A stretch of DNA of 64,000 bases, taken from NCBI RefSeq assembly GCF_963921235.1, contig NC_086118.1, forward strand, positions 26,538,001-26,602,000. Reading direction: 5' to 3'. The notes under the pieces were generated by a model. It saw only the letters and a list, made by a program, of their open reading frames with translations. It was not told the DNA's origin and searched no databases. This DNA comes from Mobula hypostoma. Lineage: Eukaryota. Numbering within the stretch: the stretch's first letter is position 1; every line of letters starts with the position of its first letter. Both the position numbers and the translations under genes were made by a program. Below, piece by piece: positions 51,462-64,000 of this stretch.

Positions 51462-53679
51462 CTTTAGATCAAAAAGTATATACAACGTCAGAAACCCAAA
51501 AAAGTTAAAGGGGTTTAACATAGTTAACAGACTGAATTTCTAAAATTCTTGAACGCAAAAGTGACGCAGTACATTTGTTTATGAAAAATCCACATATACA
51601 CATGATTTATCACTGTCACAAAACATGAGGCAAGTGCCATTTGGTTATGGTTTGTCTTCAATAAAGGATGCACTGATTCTGAAGCACTTGAATGCTATTT
51701 AACGTAACGGCTACATTATTTAGCATTTGCCTGCACTCCAACAAGATTGACTCATCAAGTACTCTGTAGCAAAATAACAAGTAAGAAAACATGGCATGGG
51801 ACGAAGAAAACCAGAAATGAAATCAGCAGCTACATCAACTGCAGCTGCTGATTATTAACGAAGTAGTTTTGGCTGAGATTGAAGGTCAGTTTGATTAACA
51901 AAGGTTGAAATATCTGGAACAGTGAGGCTGAAGAACCAATACAGATCAAAATGGAGCCCAGCTATCCATCCAAGTAACACTAGCCTTCCACAATAAATTA
52001 TCAGAAGTGCTATAAAGACTCGTAACAGTGCGATGGAATTGCAAACAGTTAGTGAAACAGTTATGATATAACCCATATGATTGTGACTGTAATGGTCAAA
52101 TGTAGCACAGCAGTTCATACAAGAAGGCAACTGGAGATAGGTGATGAAGGTTAATCTTGCCAGTGCAGTCTACATATTAAGTATGAATCAAAACTTGACA
52201 AATAAACATTTATTTTCCCTAAAATGAGCCCTTCACCATCACCAATATATTTAATCACTACATGTGCAAAGGCAACTTCTAGAAAAAAAATTTTAAAAGG
52301 ACTAGGCAATCAATTATTCAGAAAACTTAAAAGTACATTTCCCTTCCTTTTATAAAATTTTGATTTTAGAAAATTAGCAATAACGTGCCTTTTCCCCGGG
52401 AAATGAACTAAAAACTATACCCAAATCACAGCCACACAAAAAGGACACACCAAAATGGCCAATGCAGAAGGCACCACCAGTTACATCATGCCGAACAAAA
52501 CTAGTGGGACATCAATTAAAAGTTGAAAGCTGTAACAACTGTTCATTTTTCTGGCATTTTAAAAATAAAACCTAAGTCTACACAGCCCCCTCTCCACCTG
52601 GAAGAATCGCCATAACCTTGATAGGGGAAACATTTTTGAAACAGTGTACCTTATTTCCATTGGACAACTTAAGCAGAAATAGAGCCAAATAGTAGCTACA
52701 AAAAAAATCTTAGAATTGATATTCATATTCAATGAGCAAATTTCCAGACAAAATTTGTTGGACATAATTAAGTGTAGGGGCAAGTTAAATCTGGTTGTAT
52801 TTTCTCTTCTGTTAGTTTCTTTGCTCTCTATATCATGCTCCAATTCTCAACTATGAGGAACAAGAGCTGGATCAATACTTGTTTCACGTCTCTGCCTTCA
52901 TGCACTGCAGGAGGGCCATGAGGGTCAGAGACTGAGGGAGGCTTTCATAGATAAAAAATCAGAACTCGCTGACAGGAATAGAATAACAAGTACATTCATT
53001 GCACAAACCTTTTTGACTTCACTGCGAACGATGCAGAAGTGGAAATCTACCAACTTAATGATGAGAGGACCGCTTTCAATAATGACCTATCCCTGCTTCA
53101 TTGCACCAAACCAAGGAAAAAATAATCAAACCAAAAAAACATGGAGCATGATACCTAGGCAATACAGAGGTGAATGTGCTGTAAGACCAGGAATGGCCTG
53201 AGATCTGCCCTGAGGACTGATTCTGTTTCAGATGCTGCAGGAACTCCACACACAGCTCTGAAAAGCTTCTAGAAAATTAACCGAAATACTTTCACCAGTC
53301 CTCAGTCCTCTTCTTTTAGCATTACAAAGACAAGCATGTACCCTGCCCACTAAGGGAAAACACCCACCCTAAAGAAAAAAATGCTGTTCTGTACTACTGT
53401 ACTTGGCATCAGTAGCAATCAACACAAATACAAGGAGCAGAAAGCTCTGCAGCCCAAGTTCATGAGGCTTAAAGATAGATTTCCAAGTCAAGATACAGTA
53501 AAGTTTCAATAATAATACACCTTTGAGACTTTGGTGAATCTGAACTTCCAGATGCGCCAGACTATAGACATTGCTCCAACTAAAACCCCAACAAACTTAC
53601 TAATTTATCTTTGTTTAATAAAATGTATCCCAGCAGTGATACAGGACAGTTTAAAAGGATAGTGGGCACCAATGCCCTA

Positions 53680-54690
53680 GTGTGCCCAAAGGGAGCATTA
53701 GAACTAGAATGCCAGTGAGTCTAAAGGGAGCACATGAACCAGAGTTCCAGTGAGTCTGAAGGGAGCACAGCATCCAGTGCCCCAGTGAGTCTAAAGGGAG
53801 CACAGCATCCAGTGCCCCAATGAGTGTAAAAGGAACACAGCATCCAGTTCCCCAGTGAGTCTAAAAGGAGCACAGCATCCAGTGCCCCAATGAGTCTAAA
53901 AGGAACACAGCAACCAGTGCCTCAGTGAGTCTGAAAGGAGCACAACAACCAGCGCCCCAGTGAGTCTAAAAGGAGCACAGAATCCAGTGCCCCAGTGAGT
54001 CTAAAAGGAACCACAGCATCCAGTGCCTCAGTGAGTCTGAAAGGAGCACAACAACCAGCACCCCAGTGAGTCTAAAAGGAGCACAGAATCCAGTGCCCCA
54101 GTGAGTCTAAAAGGAACACAGCATCCAGTGCCTCAGTGAGTCTGAAAGGAGCACAACAACCAGCGCCCCAGTGAGTCTAAAGGGAGCACAGAATCCAGTG
54201 CCCCAGTGAGTCTAAAAGGAACACAGCATCCAGTGCCTCAGTGAGTCTGAAAGGAGCACAGCAACCAGTGCCCCAGTGACTCTGAATGGAGTCTGGGAAC
54301 TAGCGTCACAGTGAGTCCAAAGGGATCACCTGAACCAGTGAGTCTGAAGGGAGCACACAATCCAGGGCCCCAGCGAGTCTGAAGGGATCACACAATCCAG
54401 GGCCCCAGTGAGTCTGAAGGGAGCACACAATCCAGGGCCCCAGTGAGTCTGAAGGGCACACGGAATCCAGGGCCCCAGTGATTCTGAAGGGCGCACGGGA
54501 TCCAGGGCCCCAGTGTGTCTGAAGGGCATACAGGATCCAGGGCCACAGTGAGTCTGAAGGGCACACGGAATCCAGGGCCCCAGTGATTCTGAAGGGCATA
54601 CAGGATCCAGGGCCCCAGTGAGTCTGAAGGGCGCACGGGATCCAGGGCCCCAGTGAGCCTGAGGGAGAATCAGAACCTGGGCTCCAGTGA
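53680..54690. repeat. 35-bp minisatellite, about 28 units
   Basis: Unit CCAGTGAGTCT(A/G)AAGGGAGCACAGCATCCAG(T/G)GCC, starting at 53712, 53747, 53782... and 54335, 54370, 54405... Confidence 0.95.
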
Positions 54691-54789
54691 AGTGGATGCA
54701 CAGGTGCCTAATCATCAGGATGACAGAGTATTTTATTGCAGAGTGGATTCTTGAAAGGAATTGCAAGTGGTCTCCCAAAAACATCCTAC

Positions 54790-55600
54790 ACATGCGTTGC
54801 TAAATGTGAAAGATGATTGCTTGGGATGTGCCGCAAAGAGCAGCCTTGGCAATCATTGTGATACATTTAGGGGACCATACAACTGCAGCCATGGTGTGAT
54901 AGTGATGTGACAGAACAAACACATGGATTGGGTGGTTTGTTCAATGGGGCATCAAAGGTATGAGCATAAGGACAGTGCTCGTCCAGGCAGTACAAAGTAT
55001 TCCATCAAACTACTAACTACAAATGGCGGAAATTCTTTGAGGAGTCAGCAAACAAAGGAATCACTTAAAACAGATACTCAACATTTGATCTGCTTTACTA
55101 GCCTCTAATGACTGGACCTATATGGTAATGCTATTGACTGTCAAGAGGAGGAGTTTAAACTCACTGTTTTTGGAGATGGTCATCCTATTTCATCCATAAC
55201 TTATCATCTCAACCTAAATCTCTTGCTTCCCGTGACAGAGACCACTTCATTCTCAGGAGGAGCAGTAAGTGAACTTGAATACTGCTGTCACTAAATGACC
55301 ATCTCCCACCTCTGTCCTTGTGGGAGAAAAGGAAAGTCATTGATGAGACTAGCCATAGTAGCCTGGACCAAAGACATCAGTCCAAGGAACACCCACAGTG
55401 ATACCATGCAGGTAAGATGATTGGCCACCAGCAATCCCAACCAATTTGCTTTGTATTCGGAACAACTCCAGAAGCATGGCACTTCCCCGGTTCTTATTAA
55501 CTTTATTTTTACCAGGTGACTTGATCAAGTTTACGTTATCAAACATTGGCTTGATGCCAAAGTATCTAACCTTCAATAGTCGATAAAAATTTCAATCGAT
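54790..55600 (-). mobile_element. Ancient LINE RT remnant
   Basis: Minus-strand ITVGVPWTDVFGP and LINDFP resemble ITAGVPQGSVLGP and FINDLP. Confidence 0.55.
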
Positions 55601-55814
55601 TAGCAATATAATGATGGGATTTCAGTTATGAACCATCTTGCACTTCTTTCCCATTCTCAATGTACATCTTTACTACTGAGATATAGAATCGACACTTGAC
55701 CCACCCATGGCAGTGGATGTGAAAATATGTATCACAATTATCAGAATCTTCCTCTTTTAAAATAAATCGAATCACACTTCTTAAATGAGCCAACAATTAC
55801 TTGAATTGTGTGCA

Positions 55815-56445
55815 AAGGAATCTTGGCGTTGACACCCATAGATCCCTAAAAGTTACCGCATAAATTAATAGGGTTGCTAAGAAGGCACATGGCGCACTGG
55901 CCTTCATTAGTTGGACATTTGAGTTCAAGGTCAAGTTGCAGTTCTATAGAACCTTGGGTCGAGCAGTCTTGGAATATCGTTCAGTTGTGGTCACCTCACT
56001 GGAAGGATGTGGAACTTTGGAGAAGGTGCAGAAGAGATTTACTGGGATGCTGCCTGTATGAGACAGCGTGTATTATGATAGAGTGAGCAAGTTAGAGATT
56101 TTCTCTTTGGAGCAAAGAGGGTTAAAGGTGACCTGAATAGAGTGAATAGCCAGAGACATTTTCCCCCAGGGTTGAAATGAATAATACAAGGGGGGGGGTC
56201 ATAATTTTAAAGTGATTTGAGTACAGGGGGATATCAGAGGTAAATCCTTTACACAGAATGGTGAGTAAGGGGTGGTGGTAGAGGGAGGTACATTAGAGGC
56301 ATTTAAGAAACTCTTACATAGCACATGGAAGATAGAAAAAATGGGTGGTTATGTAAGAGGGATGGGTTAGATTGATCCTAGTAGGTTAAAAAGTTGGCAA
56401 ACATCAAGGGCCGTAGGGTGTTTACTGCGGTGTTATGTTCTGTGT
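55815..56445 (+). mobile_element. Old CR1 LINE 3' part
   Basis: VQLWSPHWKDV remnant and CR1-type 3' tail. Confidence 0.75.
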
Positions 56446-58570
56446 TTTATAAAACTTTGTATTGCATGGTGCTACGGAATGAACTCAGAGAAATCAGCCA
56501 TTACTCCAGAATCAAGTTGCTTTACAATTAAACCAGTGAAATCCAATTAGTTGAATTTCTACTTTGACAAGTTCAGTGGAGGAATTTCTGTATCTCTTCA
56601 ATTTTAATGTTTTTCACTTTTACTACTCTCCATTGAGAGTAGTAAAAGTGTTGAATAGAAGAACACAAAACAAATGTGATAATTGGTTTAGACTTTTGCA
56701 ACGTTGGTTTTTTTTCAAATACAAAACAAGTGAAAAGTGTTAACTTAATATAAATAACAATTTCATCTTGAGTTTTACTACAACATTGCTGTTCAGAAAT
56801 ATACATGTACTCTTCAACAGTTTTGCATAATCCAATAATCTCTTAATCTAGCATCCACTACAATAGAACAAAAACTCCTGTCGATGGTACTGGAACGCAC
56901 AAGGTTTTATGCTTCAAAGCCATTCAGAACTGCTTCCATTTGAAATGAAGCCCGAAAAACTGTTTCTTGAATAGGTAGCTTATGCATTAGAATGACTTTG
57001 ATGTTCAGCTGGAGTACTGTCACATCTTAAAATTCTGTGAAGGAACTGAACAAACAAAAAAAAAGGAAAAGTCAAAGAATTTCTGTATCTCTTCAATTTT
57101 AATGTTTTTCAAAGAGTCAGTAAAGTGAGACAGATTAGGGACAAAGCTTTTATTTTTTTTCCCCCCTGGGGCATAGAGGCAGTGTAGAGATCACTGTGCA
57201 TCTGTCTCACTCCAGTAACTGGATGAATAATGAACCCAGCTGCAGCGTAAAATCACACACTCTCAACTCTTCAGTAGGCTGGTACACAATAATCAGAAGT
57301 TATTTTATTACATCCTTAATAACACTTAATATTTTTCCTCTTACTGTGAAGATAAATTAATTGTAACATTAAAAGGCATCTGGAAATATAGGATATCTGT
57401 CTTCTTTGATATATAATATGCATTTGGTCACAATGCCAAGAAACTATCAAATTATTTGTAGATTGAATTAGAGCTTCCTGCACTTGGGCAAGTCCATATC
57501 TGACATGGGAAGTGAGTTTACAGACTAACTGCATAACTATGTTTCAGAAAGAATGCAGGACAAGGATGGAAAATTAAGGGAACCTCGGATGGGTGGGAGA
57601 GGTGGTGAGTTTAGTCAAGAAGAATAATGAAAGGCAAAGTTTACAAAGCTAAGATCATAAAGAGGCCTTGAGAATTATAAAGAAGGCAGAGGAGAACTCA
57701 AGGGGAGAACGAAAGTGATTGGCCAGTAGGATTAAAGAGAATCTCAAGGCATTTTGTATATTACATTAAGAGCAAGAGGATAATTAGGGAGTGGGTAGGA
57801 AAACTCCAGAATAAAGGAGGGAATGTGTGTTTGGGAGTATAGTATGTGGGAGAGCTTCTAATTGCATCTGTATTTAACAAGAAGGACATGGATGATAGGG
57901 AGATCTGTGTGGAGCACACTAACTTGCTCGGGCATTAAGACTAATGACGAGGTAGTGTTGGGTCACTTAGAGATCAAGGAGGATAAGACCCCAGGAACTG
58001 ATGGGATATACTCCAGTTTATTGAGAGAGGCAAGAAATGAGATGGCACCTAACCAATTTTATGTCCTCTCTGGCCACAGGTGAGGTACTGGAGGACTGAA
58101 AAGTAGCTAATATTATTCCGTTATTTAAAGTGGGAAATGGGGATAATCCTGGCAACTACAGACTGGTGACTAGGGATGTTACTGGATAGGAATCTCAACG
58201 ATAGGGTTTATAAGCAATTGGGAAAACCAGGGCCTAATTATGGAGAACCAGCATGGCTCCGTGCAGGGCAAATTGTGCCTTACTAACTGGATTGAGTTTT
58301 TTGAGGAAGTGACAAAGGAAAAGGATGTGGTTGCTGTCTCCATGGGTTTTAGTAAAGTGTTTGAAGAGGTCCCCCCATGACAAACTAATTAAGAAGATTA
58401 AAATGTATGGGAACTACATTTGGATTCTGAATTTGCTTGCCCATAAAAAAAAACAGGGTAATGGTTCATGGACTTCTTCTGGGTGTTCTGCAATGATCTG
58501 TACTGGAACATCTGCTGTTTATGATGTGTATTAATGGCCTAGATTAAATTGTAGGTGGGTGAGTTAGTAA

Positions 58571-59778
58571 ACACAAAATAATCTGCAGATGCTGTGATCA
58601 AAGCAACACTTTCAGTACGCTGGATGAACTCAGCAGGTCAGGCAGCATCAGTTAGAAACAATGAGTCAACGTTTCGGGCCGGAACCCTTCGTCAGGACTG
58701 AAGAATGTAAGAAATGGGAAGGATTTGAAGAATGCTTGTAGCTTCAGTTGAAAGACCAGTAATTTGAAAGACAAAGGGGTGGGGGAGGGGAAGCATTGAC
58801 ATCATAGCCCTGAAAACAATGGGTAGTAGAAGAAGGAGACGGAACCATGAGGGAGCTGGGGGAGGGGGCAGAGTGAAATAGGGATAGAGGAAGGAAGGGG
58901 AGGGAATTACCGGAAGTTGGAGAATTCTATGTTCATACCAAGGGGCTGGAGACTACCTAGATGGTATATGAGGTGTTGCTCCTCCAACCTGAGTTTAGCC
59001 TCATCATGGCAGTAGAGGAGGCCATGTATGGACATATCTGAATGGGAATGGGAAGCAGAGTTGAAGTGGGTGGCTACCAGGAGATCTTGTCTGTTGTGGC
59101 GGACAGAGTGGAAGTGCTTGACGAAGCGGTTCCCCAATCTGCGCCGGGTTTCACCGATGTAGAGGAGGCCGCACCGGGAGCACCGGATGCAATAGATGAC
59201 CTCAGCAGACTTACAAGTGAAGTGTTGTCTCACCTAGAAGGACTGTTTGGGGCCCTGAATGGTGGCAAGAGAGGAGGTGTAGGAACAGGTGTAGCACTTA
59301 CGCTTACAGGGATAAGTGCCGGGTTGGAGATCAGTGGGGATGGACGTGCAGATAAGGGAGTCGTGGAGGGACCGATCCCTGTGGAAAGCGGAGAGGGGTG
59401 GAGAGGGAAAGATGTGCTTAGTGGTGGGGTCCTGTTGAAGGTGGCAGAAGTTGTGGAAGATAATGTGCTGGATCCGGAGGCTGGTGGGGTGGTAGGTAAG
59501 GACAAGGGGAACTCTGTCTCTGTTGTGGTTGCGGGAGGATGGGGTGAGGGCCGAAGTGCGGGAAATGGAGGAGATGCGGGTGAGGGCATCATTGATGATG
59601 GCAGAAGGGAAGTCACGATCCTTAAAGAAAGAGGACATTTGAGAGGTCCTGGAACGGAAAGCCTCATCCTCGGAACAGATGCGGTGGAGACGGAGGAACT
59701 GGGAATAGGGAATGGCATTTTTGCATGTGGCGGGCTGAGAAGAGGTATAGTCAAGGTAGTTATGAGAGTCAGTGGGCC
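58571..59778 (-). mobile_element. Penelope-like element (Neptune-like), 5'-truncated: RT thumb, linker, GIY-YIG endonuclease and pLTR
   Basis: PTDSHNYLDYTSS..IPYSQFLRLHRICS, then CYTC and VIYCIRCSRCGLLYIGET. One reading frame broken by a single TAG at 59234-59236; the ORF ends at 58907. Confidence 0.95.
58664..58699 (-). ncRNA. Minimal type I hammerhead ribozyme motif in the Penelope pLTR
   Basis: AGUC-CUGACGA-A-GGGUUCCGGCCC-GAAA-CGUU-GACU: stem I AGUC/GACU, stem II, palindromic minimal stem III and an NUH triplet (GUU). Confidence 0.7.
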
Positions 59779-60099
59779 AACTATATGAAGACTGGTGGTG
59801 TTGTAGACAGCAAAGGAGACTGCTGAAGGATACAGGTGGATACAAATCCATTACAGCTGTATTGGATATTATGGGTGGAGAAAGGGCAGACAGTGTTTAA
59901 CCCAGACAACTGTGAAGTGCTGCACTTCAGAAAATGAAAAGTAAAGAGACAGTACACAGTTAATGGCAAGATCCCTAACACTGCAGACGTGCATTGGGAT
60001 CGTGTAGCCCAAGTCCATAACTCTCTGAAAGTGGATACAAAGGTTGATAGGCTTGCATATGGCAAGCTTGTCTTTATTAGTTGAGGAACTGAGTTTCAA

Positions 60100-62015
60100 A
60101 GTGTATATATGAATTCATATACAACCTTGAGATGAGTTTTATTGCAGGCATACTCAGTAAATCCAAAGACGTTAACAGAATCAAAGAAAGACCACACCCA
60201 CTAGGGCGGACAATCAACCAATGTGCAAAAGACAAAACTGTACAAATCCGAATGAAAAAGTAATAAATATTGAGAACAAGAGATGAGGAATCCTTGAAAG
60301 TGAATCCATAAGCTGTGAGAAGATTTCAATGATGGTACAAGTGAAGTTGAGTGAGGTTATCCCTACTTGTTCAGGAGCCTGATGGTTGAGGGGCAATAAC
60401 CATTCCTGAACCTGGTGATGAGAGTTCTGAGGCTCCTGTACCTTCTTCCTGATGACAGCAGTGAGAAGAGAGCATGACTTGGGTGGTGGGGTTCGCTGAT
60501 GATGGATGCTTCTTTCCTGCAACAGTGGTCCATATAGATGTGCATGTACTCAATGGTGGAAAGGGTTTTACCTATGATAGACAGGGGCATAAGCACTACT
60601 TTGTGCAGGATTTTCCATTCAAGGGCCCTGGTGTTTCCACACTAGAATGTGATGCAACCAGTCAATATACTCTCCACTACACATCCATAGAAGTTTGTCA
60701 GTTTTAGATATCATGCAAATCTTTGCAAACTCCTTAAGGAAGCAGAGGTGCTGTTGTGCTTTCTTTGTAATGGTACTGATGTGCTAGACCCAGAACAAGT
60801 TCTCTGAAATGATACACCTAGGAATTTAAATTTGTTGAACCTCTCCAAATCCGATCCTCCAACGATGACTGGCTCATGGACCTCAGTTTCCTATTCCTGA
60901 AGTCAATAATCAGTTCCTTCGTCTTGCTGACATTGAGTGATATGTTGTTGTTGTGGAAGATCAGCTAGATTTTCAATCTCCCTCCTACATGCTGATTCAT
61001 CACCACCTTTGAACTGGCCAATGACACTGGTGTCAAGAGCAAAACTTAAATATGCCATTGGAGCTGTGCTCAGCCAGTCATAGGTGCAAAGTGAGTGGAG
61101 CAGGGGGCTAAGCACACAGCTTTGTGATGTACCTGCGCTGATGAAAATTGAGGAGAAGACATTGTTCCCAATCCAAACTGATTAGGGTCTGCAAGTGAGG
61201 AAATCGAAGATCTAATTGCACAAGGGGGTATTGAGGCTTGATGTCAAGGTCTTGAAGTTTATTGATTAGATTTGGGGGGGATTATAGTATTGAATACTGA
61301 GCCATAGTCTGACGAAGAGCATCCTTATGTATGCACCTTTGCTGCCGAGATATTCCTGGATTGAGTGAAGAGCCAATGAAATGGCATCTGCTGTGGACCT
61401 GTTGCACCAATGGACAAACTGGAGCAGATCCAAGTTGCTTCTCAGGCAGAAGTTGATGTTTCATCACCAACCTCTCAAAACACTTCATCACTGTGGAGGT
61501 AAGTGATCGTGGACGATAGTCATTGCAGCAGGTTACCACATTCTTCTTAGGCACCAGTATAATTGAAGCCTTCTTCAAGCAGATGGGAACCTCAGATTGC
61601 CGAAGCGTGAGGTTAACGATATTGGTGAACACTCCAGCCAGATGATCAGGACAGGTCAGCACCCAGCCAGGTACCCCAACTAGTCCAGGTGCTTTGTCTG
61701 GGTTTACTCTCCTGAAAGATGCTCTCATGTCAGCCTCAGAGACTGAAATCACAGGATCATCTGGGGCTGTGGAATTTCATTAAGATAGCTTCACGTTTTG
61801 ATGGTCAAAGCGAGAGAAAGCTTTAAGCTTATCTGGGAGCAAACAATGTTGTCACTATGTCACCTGATTTCACTTTGTAAGAGGAGATAGCAGTCAAGTT
61901 CTGCCACAGCTGACAAGCATCATTCATTAATTTAAGTTTTGTCAGAGATTGCCACTTTGCACGTGAGATGGCTTTCCAGAGATCGTACTTGGACCTCTTC
62001 GATATTCCCACTTTA
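60100..62015 (-). mobile_element. Rex1/Babar LINE, about 1.9 kb, decayed
   Basis: KAPGLVGVPG..NDYRPRSLTSTVMKCFERLV and HPSHALFSLLSSGRRYRSLRT. Confidence 0.9.
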
Positions 62016-62049
62016 ATATTTGTCATTTATTAAATGTTATTTATTCTCC

Positions 62050-63710
62050 GTCTAAGGAGATATCAGAATGTGTGATACCTTTACATGCTGAAAAGGCTTT
62101 CGATCAGCTTGAATGAAATTATTTATTTAAAACCTTAGAAAAACTTAATTTTGGGCCCGATTTTATTCAATGGATTAAATTACTTTATTTATCTCCCACT
62201 GCTTGGGTTCTTACTAATTTTCAGAATTCCAAACCTTTCAAACTTCAGCACGGAACCAGACAAGGTTGTCCCTTGAGCCCTTTGCTCGGGCCTTAGAGCC
62301 CTTAGCCATTGCTTTTCGAGAATCTAATGATATTATTGGTATTTTAAGGAGAGGTACTATCCATAAAGTTTCGCTTTATGCTGATGACCTATTGCTTTTT
62401 ATTTCTAATGTCGAGGCTTTGTTACCTCCTGCGCTTTCTTTACTCTCTTGCTTTGGCCAGTTTTCAGGATATAACCTGAATTTACATAAGAGTGAACTTT
62501 TTCCTTTGAATAATTTGGTATCAATTAATACTAACCTTCCTTTTAAAACTGTAAGAAATCAATTTACCCATTTGGGTGTAACAATTACTAAGAATTATAA
62601 ACACCTACTTAAAGAAAATTTTCTTACCCTTCTGAATTATGTAAAAAGGGCACTATCAAACTGGTCGCCTCTTTCGTTATCATTGATTGGCTAAATTAAC
62701 TCTATTAAAATGAATATTTTACCTAAATTTATACACCTTTTTTGGGCCTTACCCGTTTTTATTCCTAAATCCTTTTTTGACTCTCTTGATTCTATTATAT
62801 CTTCTTATATATGGAAAAATAAACATTCTCAACTAAATAAAGTTATCTTCCAAAAGCTAAAAAGAATGGCGGTTTAGCTTTACCAAATTTTAGGTTTTAT
62901 TATTGGGCAGTCAATATAAGAAATCTTATGTTTTGGTCATATTATATTAACCGTGAGGGCTGTCCAATATGGGTTTCTTTAGAAGCTACTTCTATTAATA
63001 AATTTTCTATCATTTCTCTTCTTGGATCCTCACTTCCTTTATCCTTAAGTAAATTAACTGATAATTTGGTAGTTAAACATACTTTGAGGATCTGGGCACA
63101 ATTTAGAAAATATTTTGGTTTAATGGGATTTTCTCTTTCAAGTCCCATTTTTTCTAATTATTTTTTAAACCCTCTATGACCGATCCAGTTTTTAAAGAAT
63201 GGGATGGATTGGGTATTAAATGCTTCCAGGATTTGTTTGTTCAAGGAAGTCTCCTTTCATTTGAGCAATCGTCAGCTAAATATAGCTTACCAAAAAAACC
63301 ACTTTTTTCCGATATCTACAAATTAGAGAATTACTGCGTTCTCAATTATGTTCATTTCCTAATAGTCCCCATAAGGACTTATTTGATGTAATTTCTAATT
63401 TGAAATCCTTTCATAATGGTTCAATATCCAATATTTTTGGCATGTTGTTGGGAATGAGAAATGCTCCTTTAGACAAAATTAAAAATCTCTGGGAACAACA
63501 TTTACAGACTTCAATTTCTGAGGGAACTTGGAATGAAATTTTTAAATTGGTTAGCACTTCGTTATGTGCCCGCCACTCCCTCCTACAATTCAAAGTGGTC
63601 CATAGGGCTCATATGATTAAGGATAAGCCATCTTGTTTTTATTTGGATATATCTCCCTTTTCAGATAAGTGAAACAATGGAGAAGCTTCATTAATTCACA
63701 TGTTTTTTGG
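62050..63710 (+). mobile_element. L1/Tx1-clade LINE ORF2 fragment, decayed
   Basis: [37 protein letters not shown] and SLCARHSLLQFKVVHRAH; stops and frameshifts. Confidence 0.9.
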
Positions 63711-64000
63711 ACTTCTTGTATCTTACTTGGTTGCCACAGCTGAATGCCTCTGATCTACCCTCAGCAGATTGCGGATCTCATGATTCGTCCAGGGCTTCTA
63801 GTTGGGTAAGGCTCTGAATGATTTCGTGGGGACACGCTCATCTACGACATTTAAGAGACATGAAGTGATGCTGCAGCTTTATAACACAAGTTGGACCACA
63901 TGTCCAATCTTTCCTTACAGCAGATATTGCTTGGATTCTAGGCATGTGCTACAAGGAGAAATTGGACAAGCTTGGGTTGTATTCACTGGAGCAGCGGAGG

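Larger units (their letters stand above)
57590..60100 (+). mobile_element. Old CR1 LINE split by a Penelope insertion
   Basis: DKTPGTDGIYSSLLREAR and CLTNWIEFFEEVTK remnants; the SKFADDTKIGG region is broken at about 58570/59779. Confidence 0.75.

Noticed and set aside
51821..51853. 14-bp hairpin AATCAGCAGCTACA/TGCAGCTGCTGATT as a miRNA or terminator
   Set aside because: Too short for a pre-miRNA and has no supporting context
53680..54690. CRISPR-like array and repetitive ORFs (54306-54793)
   Set aside because: Units are contiguous with no unique spacers, there are no cas genes and the context is eukaryotic. The ORFs are by-products of the repeat.
59042..59788. 248-aa Gly/Val-rich plus ORF and 174-aa Pro/Ser-rich minus ORF
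   Set aside because: Shadow frames of the Penelope ORF

Overview
Vertebrate nuclear DNA, dominated by interspersed repeats: CR1, Rex1/Babar and L1 LINEs, Penelope-like elements, tRNA-derived SINEs, and Tigger, Tc1 and hAT DNA transposons. This repeat spectrum looks like a cartilaginous fish, probably a ray (inference from recalled repeat families). The only host coding sequence I can support is one 86-bp minus-strand exon (12767-12852, SSIGENSTGSSQQPRIQSFVQELFQAQYR) of a USP31/USP43-family deubiquitinase, so the rest of the window is probably its flanking introns. The main finding is an old, internally deleted endogenous retrovirus (20296-23360, minus) with both LTRs, a 5-bp TSD, a tRNA-Ser primer site, env splice donor and acceptor, an integrase remnant and a gamma-type env pseudogene, but no gag/pro/RT. 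Also notable are two families of Penelope-associated hammerhead ribozyme motifs (some in fold-back insertions with 15-bp TSDs), a Tigger4/Zombi-like element, a 35-bp minisatellite with higher-order structure and a probable templated-insertion repair scar. Family names come from recalled motifs, not database searches, and boundaries of old repeats are approximate.
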